Assembly (NCBI GenBank): GCA_000934665.2
Contig: KZ538234.1
Span: 62,001 to 95,487, forward strand
Direction of reading: 5' to 3'
DNA length: 33,487 bases
DNA from: Catajapyx aquilonaris
Lineage: Eukaryota
Part shown: piece by piece, positions 22,801 to 33,487 of the stretch
Layout of the letters: every line of letters begins with the position of its first letter
Numbering within the stretch: the stretch's first letter is position 1
Translations under genes and position numbers: made by a program
Notes under the pieces: model-generated
Database searches by the model: none
Seen by the model: only the letters and a program-made list of their open reading frames with translations
Told to the model about the DNA's origin: nothing

Positions 22801-25800
22801 CCCCTGCAGTGATTAGTAAACAGCTGATGCCTTGTATATGTAAATGTGCAACAAATTGCAGCGTCAAGCGCTGTGATGATTACGGTTATGAATGTTAGAA
22901 AAGTGAGCAGTTTCCCTTCGGGGTTGGGGTAAGACTTTATTTCCATTTCTAATAAGCGGTGAAAAAGGTTGGCGAAAAATGCCGCCAGCATCATACGTGC
23001 GTGTGTTTGTATAATCCTCGGGTCTTGTCTTGAAGATCTTTGTCTTCTCCAGCTGAGAAAATTTCGCGCCTAGATACTCATATTCCCTTTTTTTTATGAT
23101 GGCCGTCTCTCCAAGTACGCACGAGTCTTGCAAAATCTGGCAAACATATGGCTCCGATCTTATCTACGCTAAGAGTTGTGAGATGACTTGCGCGTTTTGT
23201 CGCACAAAGCAATTATTTCAGAAATAACTTCCGCGATCATTTATTCCTCAGAAGAGATCTGGAGATGCAGTGTAACTTAATATGAATTTCTTAGGAGTAC
23301 AAAAAAAAAAATATTCCGACAGGACAGACCTTCACTGCATTACGACATGAAAGGGGCTGCCCAACAATTTCGCAATTGTTGCTCAACCTAATACTGTGAT
23401 GATTAACATTCAAGGCGTGCATTTTATAAGAGTGAACGTATATTACAGAAAACAATTAGCTTCTAAAAATTACAATCCATTAACTAGAGGTTACGGCCGG
23501 TTACGGCGGTGCATTGTTAGTAAGCGACCCCAATTACCCAATAAGAACATCCTCGTTGCGGATTTGAACCTTTTTAAAAGTCCTGTACAAGCCGAACTCA
23601 TTTCCTTCTTTCTGACCAACACATTCCAGAGGCTCCAACAACAAATCAGGAAGGAGGACAGTAATGCTGGTGGAAGAGGCCGCATTTCCATCTTTATGGT
23701 TCCAACGGAGTTGCCAGCAAATCGGAGGGGACCGCCTTATCTCTCGCCTTCCAAATATTTTTTTTTACCTCTCCTCCTCCCGCCCTCTCCTTGGGTCCCA
23801 ATTATTACTCAGGCAGGTGAACAAAAGAACATCAACCCATAAGTGCAGTAAATTTCCATAGGGGAGCGATCAGGTTGCGAGAGACTTCAATGCGCGAATA
23901 GAAGACTAAGGTGAGAACACAGCCGCGGTGAAGAGAGAAAGGAGTGAGACAATGGATGAAGGTGAGGTTAGGGCGCAGGTGGGGGTGGGAGGGGGGGCAG
24001 GATGAAGAAGAAGAGGAAGAGAAAAAAAAAGAGTGTAGGGAGGGGTCCATCTAAATGCCTGCGTTGCCACCTTGCATTCCTTTCACATGCCTAATGAGGT
24101 CTTCGGCGTATAATGACTCTTCAATTATTGTCCAAGCGACAATGTTCCCGATTTTTCCGAAATGTTCGGCTCTGTTTCATGTCGTTGATGGAACAAATGG
24201 GCAATTAATTTGGGTTCCATTGCTCCCCTCATCACACCCACGATGGCCGCGTTTTTCTACCACCATCGAAACGCCTTTGTTGTTTGCATATTGGGCCACC
24301 TCTCTATTCTGCTCACCTTTTATCTTTTACATTGTTCCCATCTTATCTATCGTAAAGAATGCAGCCGGCTGAAGGCCTAGTCCGGGGTGTGAGCCAACAA
24401 TAACGGTGACAACTGCAGGTTTGAGGGTATCGATGGTCATTTGCGATTCTGCCCAACAATGCAGTGAAAGTGTGATGACATGCAAAAGTGTAAGTGTATA
24501 ACTTCCACACCAGACATGTGTACAGTATGCAGGACCTGCGCATAAGGAGTGGACATGTGGGGGTTGTTAAAACTGCGAACAAGGGGGTAAAGAAAAAATA
24601 TTTGACACGAGTGGAAAGCGCGACAGCATTAGAGGCCGTCTAACTAATGGAATGGAAATTGCCGGCATGGTAATAAAACGCTAGGAGAGAAACACTGGAA
24701 AGTCTAACTAAGAAAAAAAAGGCACTTGGGACAGTGCTCACGTAGAGATACATAATCTGAGACTGACGCAAACACCCCGCATGCAGGCCCTACTTTCTGC
24801 CTATTTCCACACTTGGTATATCCTAATGGATAATTAATCCCCCGTCTAATTGCAACTTTCTGACAATACTGATTGTTGATGTGCAGAGCAGCATCCAGAG
24901 GAGCTTACATCTGACCCAAAAGGTTATATTAGAGTTTTGCCAAAAGGTAAAGTAAGCGGGTTTGTTGTAACGGTGATTAGGCTCGGGGGCTCAATGAAGC
25001 GTCCAGATATGTAATAATCCCTTTGAGGATATCCTTGAAAGTCATCAGGTGCCCCCCGCTCATGATTCATGACTCTCATTATCTTCTAATGACCGCCTGC
25101 CACAAGAGGGAATAACGGCGATGGAAATTCATGAACCTCCTCCCAAATATTTCCTTTCCTTCATTTTTGGTGGCGAAATTCGCGATATTACTCAATCCCA
25201 TCCTTGCTATAGTTACTGTACTCATTTTCATAAGTATGTTTGTTAAATTTGCTGCCTATTATTTATAAGAGTGCATGATGCTCCAGAATGTCTTGAAACG
25301 CACTGGGATTCCGAAAATCGGAAGAAAACAGTGAGGGACAACAACCAGGTTGTTTACCCGTAATTACATGTATTTTCAGAAATCCCGAGCAGACAACACG
25401 GATTTACTGGAAATGTGTAATATTCCTAGTACGTGTTCCTATTGCGTGCAAATCTGTTGTGTAAATCGCTGAAATTCCAGGACGGTTCATAACCATAATT
25501 TACTTTCTGTCTAAAGCAAATTTAGTGCCATTACTTTAAAAAATGCTGGCACTCCCAATACACACCTAATCGACTATACACCCTGCAATCAAATCCAAGC
25601 CATGAAAATTCAGAGGTAAAATCCCATCGTTTTTTTGTCGCGTGACATAGACCTTGGTACTACACGATTAAGCAGGGCGGAAAATCCCGCATTTATTGGA
25701 ATAATCAGGCCCGTTCTGGCCACTTTGCAACCAGCCAGCCTGTTCCAAGCCTTTTCGAGACAGACAGACGCTGGGTTGCAGATAGAGACAAATACACCTA

Positions 25801-26109
25801 CCCCAGTGGTCTCTGTACAGGAGAAAGCCCCATCTTTGATGTATGGCCTTCTTGTCCTCGCTCAAACCGCCACATGCAACGATGCCCAATCCCCTCCAGC
25901 CACATACGACATTATAGCTTCCTTCACTCCTTGCCTTTTGCCGCCTCTTCTCCCTGTCATTACCATTGTTGCATTGGTTCCTCGGAACGTTTTTGGAAGC
26001 GGTGAAAATCCGTAAAAGCCCAAGGGTCAGACGCTCTTTGCCTAATGGCCGAAGGTCAACGCTCCGAAAAGAGGGGTCCTCTAGTGTCCCCAAGGGTGGT
26101 TCCAGAAAA

Positions 26110-26148
26110 NNNNNNNNNNNNNNNNNNNNNNNNNGGGGGGGGGGGGGG
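26110..26148. other. Assembly gap (25 N) abutting a 14-G run
   Basis: N at 26110-26134 followed by poly-G. A single N also lies inside a G-run at 29743. Confidence 0.95.
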
Positions 26149-28257
26149 ACTGCATGGAAGGAGAGAGAAGAATAAGGTAGTGCATTGTTTGTGGGGCGAC
26201 GGAATAGAGGTTGGGCCTGCATGATTGGGCTGTAAATTAGAGTGGCGAGGGCAATGTCCGAATAAGAGAAAGAATGGGGGGCTCAACGGGTGGGAGGAGA
26301 AGAAGGGGGTGTTAGACTTTCCTAGTTCCAGCTATGTGGGACTATGGAACCCATATGACTGACCCATCGAAAATATTCGGCGGATATCAAAAGGTAGTGG
26401 TCAGTGTACCTTCTCTGAGCAGGAAGAAAGTGGTGGAGAAACCGCGAATAATCTAACTGTGAAAAATGGACAATTGCTTCTGGATACCTCCGAAAAGCCA
26501 TTGCTTAATTGCATATTGCCGTGATCATCACAATTATGCTAATAAGATTGCTAAATTGTCGCCTGTCTAGTAACTGCCTAATTTTCCAAATTGCGGCTCT
26601 CAACAATTTTTTTCAGTAACATCTTGTACCTGCAATACTAGTCTCATGCTCATATCTGAATATGATGCCTGAGTTGAAAGAAAAATTACTCGCATATTCC
26701 TGCACATTCATAACTGTTCAGTGTGATATGAGTTGAAAGATCCGCCAGCGTAATTTGCGCAATTATCTGTAACAGTTCTTACCCACCGTTTCTCCTTAAC
26801 AATTTCCCAACAATGGAATTCATCACATAATCATGTTAATTTAAAACATTTGTTTCTGTTCCCAATTTCGCGCATGCATATTCAACCTCCTTCTAAGAAT
26901 TCTCAATTAACACTCTCCACAGTATGCTAATTATATAAAGAATACCTTGAACGTCTAGTCACCCTTGTATAAGTATAAGCACATGCACAACTTCTCTAAC
27001 ACCAACCGCCGTTAATTACATGCACATGAAAATGTACGCGCCAAAATCAAAATCCTGACACTGACAAAGCACCACGCAATCCCGTCGCAACACCAGACAC
27101 ATACAAGTACCCTCCGCATGCGTTATGAACTTCCCTTATGATTATAAACCCCACGTTTCGCGTTAAATCCCATCCAAATGGATTCCAGGGGCGCAAAGAA
27201 TGCGCGTCTCCCTATACGTATGTAGCAGTCAGGCAAAAGAATCCCCATGCAGAGGATGCCATGCCATGCCTCCTATTCTATCTCCCATAATTCCGCGGGC
27301 GAGACTCGACAGGCTGAGCGAGACTCGCATCGTAATTGCGGGATTAACGCCCACGCTCGCAGGCCATCTTATGAAAGCTTCCCATGGTGAAAATTGGGAG
27401 GGTTTATTACACTTGATGGAAGATTCATTTATTTTTTTTACTTAAAAAAAAACCCGCGAATTTCACTTTCGGTGACGTCAGTGGCCTTGAGTTAAAAAAA
27501 GGGCGCCATTTCTTTTGTGTGTTTGAAGGCTCGTGTGTCGAGCTGTGAATCAAACAGGGTGACATGTTGGAAGGCTCGGCGAAGAGGTCTTGAGGTCACG
27601 TCGGATGAGAGTCACCTCAAGGGCATTCATTACACAGCTGGTACCACTGACGGGGGGACACTGGTGGCAGCCATCTTGCGTATCCTTGGCAAGGTAAATA
27701 CGGCCATTTGGACTCGTGGCACGCTTCAAGAGAAGCCAAAATTTGCAATTCCAGACTTGGCCAATTCCCGCCATAATTCAAGGCGGGCCAGGTTCTTTTG
27801 TCTCCCGAGTCGCGACATATGACACTTCCCACTCCCCACTGGGCATGTAATGTATTACTGACATTTACATTGTGTAATTTTTTATCCCGACTGGTTGGGG
27901 GGGCTTTCGGAAGAAGTGAATAAAAAACACGTGCCTATGGATCACTAGCTTATTGCTTCGTGACTGCTATGATCGGCATGGATAATTGCCTGGGGTCCCC
28001 ACAGCGTGTCCAGAAAAAACAACAACAAAATAAGCAATCGGAGATCACTTTGTCGCAAAGTGAGTACGGAAATGGGCCGTTTTATGACCCAACTTTTACA
28101 ACACTCATCGATAGGACGTGATTCGCTCTTTGGATTCGCGTTCAGCGATTTACGATCAGATTACCATCAAACAGGCGACTCAATTGAGACTCCAAAAAAA
28201 AATCAACGGGTTCACAATCGACCCAACTAGGTACAACATAACACTTGAGACTCTTAC

Positions 28258-28363
28258 CATATTTATTCAAAAAATTTCACACACTACACAAGATTGAGCC
28301 ACTAATTTTTCTGTCACTGTCACACGGTCGTACTGTCACTGTTCACCAACACACTGAGACTAA
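28258..28363 (-). other. Candidate first exon of the - strand gene: 5' UTR ending in ATG followed by a splice donor
   Basis: - strand reads TTAGTC/TCAGTG Inr-like elements (28363-28352), a GTG/A-rich leader, then aataaatATG|GTAAGA (ATG 28260-28258, A at -3). The 5' end is uncertain. Confidence 0.5.
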
Positions 28364-29530
28364 CGTTCATCTCCGGCAGAATCCCTGAGCTACACTGCAA
28401 GCACAGGCCTTCTCGCCCTTCCAGAAATACCAGCGAAACACGTTACGAGTCCTCCTCAACTCGTTTCCCCAAACTGGGCCCGGAACTGGACTTGGACGTC
28501 ATCAATAACACCAACCACTTTTTTTTTTCTTTCTCAACTTCTCTCACTTGCTTTCTTGTTTTAGCCTCAGGGGGATACGCAGGTATATTTATACACACCT
28601 ACCAAATGCATGGGGGCGTAGCTAGTTTCGGACCAAGGGTACTACCCACCTTTTTCTAGGAGAGTTCTACTGATTTGTTTGACGACTGGACCGATATGAT
28701 TTAAAAGAGGAGTACCGGGTGAGTAAAAAGGAGGGGTTTGGACCGGTCTTGATTCAGTTTGGGGCTGGGGGAGGCACCTGTTTTGGCAATAGCATCCAGT
28801 TTGAGAACCTTGACCGGTAAGTTTACCTACAGACCTCCTGACCAGAAACTTGAAATCGTCAAAGTGAAACATTTCTGGTTCTTCTTCCCATTATTATTAC
28901 AGCGGAATCTGATTACGACTGCTGTGAAGTTCATTACAACGTAACATCATAAATACGTGAAAAATGTGCACGGTGGTATGCCGGTATGTAGCCATGCATA
29001 AAACAAGTGCGTGTGATATCATGGGAACTAACAATTCGGAGCACCTTTTTTTTTACTATCTTAGCAATCAGCAATTTCCAAGTGACGTTTAGTGCAGCAA
29101 ACAAGTAATCAGGCGAAGAAATCTAAAGTCACGTTCGGAGCTGATTGCCACATAATAGTAACCCTGCATTTTCAGAAGCATATTCCGTAAATCATTCTTT
29201 TGCGAAACATCCCCACGTTATCTCCTCAGCAACTCCATATCAAATACGAACCCCTTTTTTTCTACCTCATAGACCTATTTTTCGGTGAAAGCTACCAAAT
29301 ATTTTTTTACGCTCAAAATTACACTATGTACGACTAGTTACCATCATATTGAAGTGACAATTGGTAGTTGCAACACTACTGGGCAACACTGTGGCGTCAA
29401 AATCTTCGCGACTTTCCAGTTTAAGGAATCCATAGTTTCGAAATGGCATGGCATCACCCCTAGGGCCATCACCAAAATAGAGCAGGGTTGTTGAGGGTCG
29501 AAAAAGCACGTGGTGGTAGGGTGAGCTTAC

Positions 29531-29655
29531 CTGGGCCGGTCTGGCGGGGGGGAGGGGGTGGTGTTGACCACCCCCCCTCCACTTCCAGAAGCCGTGATGA
29601 CAGAAGTGGCCATGCCGGAGTAACCAGAAGTTGAGGATGCGATGTGGGCGCTCAT
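29531..29655 (-). CDS. Candidate alternative first coding exon, MSAHIASSTSGYSGMATSVITASGSGGGVVNTTPSPPPDRP
   Basis: ATG at 29655-29653 (A at -3). Open S/T/G/P-rich frame of 125 nt ending at a strong CAG|GTAAGC donor (phase 2 as assembled). Too short to appear in the ORF track. Confidence 0.45.
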
Positions 29656-29789
29656 CCTATAGCCCACATCCACACTTTTTGTCTAAACTCGTGTTTGCAG
29701 GTAGTTGGCAGGGGGGGAAGGTATTGGAAGGGGGGGGGGGGGNGGGGGAGGAACTGGACCAACAACTTTAAAAAAAACACCGCGCGAAT

Positions 29790-29811
29790 ATGACGTAACC
29801 CAAGATGGCGG
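29790..29811 (+). promoter_or_regulatory. CRE-like TGACGTAA next to YY1 site CAAGATGGCGG, about 140 bp upstream of the candidate - strand ATG at 29655
   Basis: Motifs seen directly; their position fits a promoter for the 29531-29655 exon. Confidence 0.4.
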
Positions 29812-32800
29812 TCAGATGGGGTGGGTTGAGTGGGGGCGATGCAAATGCGGTGTGAAAAAGAGAGTGGTTATGGTGGTAGGTGCACTTGAGGGTTCCCTGC
29901 CAAGGAATGGTGGGGGACAAGGAAGGGTCCGGATTCCCCCAGCAGAGTTGCGCGCGCAGGCAGCGCTCTCAGGTGGCAAACAGGTGAGGCAGCAGCTAAC
30001 AACACAACAAGAAGAAGGATGCTGGGGGATACCTCACAAAAACCCACGCGTCTCTAGGGGGGTCACGGACCAACCCCTTCTTTTTTTTATGATGGCCAAT
30101 GTTGTATGAAAACGCACCTGTCCATTGAGGCTTGCACATGCAAAACACCGGACATACATGCATGGAGAAATGAGTCAAATAGGTTCTTTACAAGGCTTCC
30201 ATTCAAGGGATTCAGTGAACTGGGACAAGTCCAAGGATTTTTTTGCGGCGACGCGTATTTCTCATGCGTGTTGGTGCGTCAGGAGGGGGGAGGGGGGGGG
30301 ATGAGTCACATAACAATTGGGATTTTTCTATTCGGCAAATGGAAGTACTGGCGAGGTCATCTTCAAGTCGCAAATATAATGAGGGACTTTATGAATATTA
30401 ATATGGATGGGCTAAAGCGTGACAGCCTTTTGTACTTCAGAAGGGGGCTTTTCTGCAACAGCAAGTTATTAGTATGTAAGAAACAACAACATAGGCTACT
30501 ACTGTAATAATATAACCTGTATAAATGAACCGACTTTTGTTACGAGTATATGTACAATTTTATTGAAGTTACACACTCGTAATTTAATAATGTACATATG
30601 CCATTTGCCCTGAAGTACCGCGAATCATGTCACATCCCCGTTTATCACATGAAAAGAATGCAAAAGAAAAATCTAATTAGCCAGCACGAAAAATTAAAGT
30701 AGACAAAAATTCTCACGGCATGCTGAGTATCCCCCCTTCAAAAAACCTTGAGGTCAGCGATGTGAAGGATTGACCTTCACTCTCCGACTTGTTTCTCACA
30801 GGAAGCAACCAAGTGACGACACTTGGGGGGTTCCAACCCATTTCGCAATACCTTCCCATTCTGCTGCTCATTAACACGAAACCCAGCTAAAATTTTCATC
30901 CTGGCCAATCCTCTGGCCCAGCACCCACCCTCTGGCTCTCCACTTTTTAAGAGAGGTCACTCCGTTATGAGGATGACCATAAAGGCAAAAAAGCACACGT
31001 GATTTACCTCTCGAGTAATTAACCCCCGGAGGCCACATTCGGCCCCGGGTCATTGAGGTCACGCCTTGGGGGTGATTGAAAAGTCCCGGATTTGAGATGG
31101 ACACACCGGGGCAGAGAGGAAGGAAGCTCCAGAGATCAGCATCTAAACGATCTCTAGTCCTCACGAATTCGCCTTCGGAAAATGCCTTAAACAATAGGCT
31201 CACAAGAAGGGAGAAAATAGAGAAGGCAGGGAAAAAGGGCAAAGATTTACGATCACCTTCCATGTGCATGGAAGACACGATATGTGTTCGTCGTCTTCGG
31301 ATCTTTTTTTTTTTCAACAAAAAAAGTCCTCGGTGCCCCTGCGACCGCCTGATTTATGCCAGGTGCTGAAAGTTTCCTCGCTTTCCCCAGGATTCTTCCT
31401 TTCCTGATGATACACTCCATGGCCACATGAAAATGGCATCGTCTTTTTATAGCCCATTTCACTTCTTTTCATATTTCCAGGGGACGAATTTTATAGCACA
31501 GTATGTAGGAATATTCTATGTTAGCGTGAGCACGCAAAATATTCAGACAGCTGTAAACAAGATAGTGAAATATTTAACATTTGTAAACACACCCGTTGCA
31601 AAAAGAGCTTCTTACAACGTATATTGAATTAATCGTGCAAGATAATGATCGTTTATATTACTAGTAGTACAGTGCGCAGGTTCAAGTTGAGTACTAATTT
31701 ATGGTATAATATTCGCCCAAAATCGTGTCATTGTTGGGTCCAAGACACTTCTATACGATACTTCGTCAAAAATACACTTTGTCATATTTTTGTCCAAAAT
31801 CGAAGGCATTGTTTTAGCAATGATGGATGGATAGGTGATGCTGGCTATTGTTCTGTTAATTGTTGACAACAATCAATAAGGAGTAGCCTACTGTACGTAG
31901 AAACCCTCAATCGATGGTCTACTCGTCAGTGATACAACTGAGCTATTGGGTCCTCGAAAAAAAAACACTTTTGGACAAAGTGTTGGTTGGACGAAAGGCA
32001 TAACATATCGGATGAAAATGGCTTCGCACAAAATGTGTTCTGTTCCACTGAATGACATTTTTACGAAGGAAAATGGTTGAGGTGTAATGTATCTTTCGTA
32101 CTTGGCATCACATGGCATGATTTTCGAGTCACTTTTGGTTTATGGAGCCTCATTACCGAGAAAATTACTTTCCAACATAAAATATAAAATATATTATTCC
32201 TTTCAGTCGACTGTGGTGCCTTTTGAATGGAAAATAAAATTGTTTCCACGCAGATAAATATCAGGTGTGACATCTTGAGATATTGCAGGCATGCTCCCAG
32301 AAAATGAAAGTATCAAAAGTTGCCTCGGCATAAAATTACACTGCATTTTAATTATACTTTTAGGACTAATTATCTCAGTAACAAGGCTTCATAGAGTATG
32401 ACACCTCTGCATATAGACCTAATGATCCCTTGGTACCCACAAGCTCCCATATAAGTTTTTCCTAATTATTCCAAACAGCGCATGAAAGTCGGGCAAGAAG
32501 GCACAATGCAATCGTTCTATAATGTCACAATTGTTACAATTTTCAATAATGGTCCTAACAATACCTGGAGCAAAAACGGCCTTGGTATCATTTTTAAAAC
32601 TCAAGTGGACGGATAAAAAAAACTGCCATCTCCCAACCGTTGTCTCGGCCTTATGAATGTTTGTACACCCACTCACCTGCATACATTTTATTACACCTCC
32701 ACTTGCTTAGAATAATAGGCGTTTTTCTGGCTACTGTTTCTTCGTTGAGGTTACATGTCGTAATGGGCGCAAAAAATAATGATGGGCGTAGGGAAGTTAA

Positions 32801-33404
32801 ACTGTGCTGCCCCCATGTCTACACTCCCTTTCCACTTATTTTAAGCCCCACCCGCGTAAAATGTCCAAGTCAGATCTGACGTGTGAATCAATTAAGCAAG
32901 GAGCGGTTCAAGTTAGATAGCAAATTCTAAGAAATATCTTCTTAGCTTAGAAAAAAGTGTCGATTGCTGAAAGACCATAGGGGCATAGGCAGAAGAAAGG
33001 AGAGCTTAAAAATATTTTTAATATTTTTTGCATAACAAATGTGTTCCTCGAAAGTGAGTTTAGTTCATGGGAACTACTCCACTCTAGTTTATATTGCACT
33101 TGTACATTGATAGGTATTCAAAACGTCAATCTATACTATTAATACCCGACTGTCATGGAAACTCCTCCCGCACAGTATGGCCTACAACTTTGGGAGTGGT
33201 GTCAAAATTTTGCCCATGTTTTTTTATATTTGCAAACCACTTTTATTTTTTGAAACGGTGCCGAGAGACTTTGTAAACCTCAAAAACGAAAAAAAACGAC
33301 CGCGGCCGTTCCACGGAATTCCCATTTCACCGTTCCGGGGCTTACTTCTGCACTTCACCGTCAGATGTCGCTTCGATACTGCTGCCTGGTGCGGGTAGCG
33401 GGTT

Positions 33405-33430
33405 TCTCTCTCTCTCTCTTTCTCTTTCTC

Positions 33431-33475
<45 letters not shown>
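33405..33475. repeat. (TC)n/(GA)n microsatellite
   Basis: About 70 bp of interrupted TC repeats at the window end. Confidence 0.95.
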
Positions 33476-33479
<4 letters not shown>

Positions 33480-33487
33480 CCACTTTC

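Noticed and set aside
28565..28816. + strand acceptor/donor pairs suggesting small antisense exons
   Set aside because: All frames after the 28659 acceptor close quickly, and the pyrimidine tracts may just be the purine-rich upstream region of the - strand gene. A non-coding antisense RNA cannot be excluded.
8066..30800. Su(H)/CSL sites YGTGRGAA (e.g. 8066, 11282, 13588, 17880, 30710, 30793) and AP-1 sites
   Set aside because: About 6 of each versus about 4 expected; dispersed, with no paired-site arrangement.
1..33487. CRISPR array, operon or other prokaryotic system; remaining 60-180 aa ORFs
   Set aside because: No repeat-spacer array, very low coding density and eukaryotic splice signals. 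The short ORFs are within chance length and show no recognisable domains.

Overview
Eukaryotic (animal, probably arthropod-like invertebrate) genomic DNA of roughly 40-45% GC, mostly intronic or intergenic. It has GT-AG splice signals, microsatellites, long G-runs and small assembly gaps. I see no operons, rRNA/tRNA genes, CRISPR array or recognisable transposase. The one well-supported gene is a two-exon + strand gene (5768-6041 joined to 6254-6315; 111 aa). It encodes a signal peptide, 31 consecutive X-Pro dipeptides, an Arg, five further X-Ala/X-Pro dipeptides and a short amphipathic C-terminal peptide, which is the layout of a dipeptidyl-peptidase-processed secreted peptide precursor. An unexplained 364-codon + strand ORF follows it directly. 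On the - strand there are candidate 5' exons of a large, unidentified, probably multi-promoter gene (29531-29655, 28258-~28360, 17219-17260). The surrounding non-coding DNA is enriched in YY1/Pho and CRE motifs and, more weakly, nuclear-receptor half-sites. Most other ORFs in the track look like chance ORFs. No database searches were possible; counts and expectations are hand estimates.
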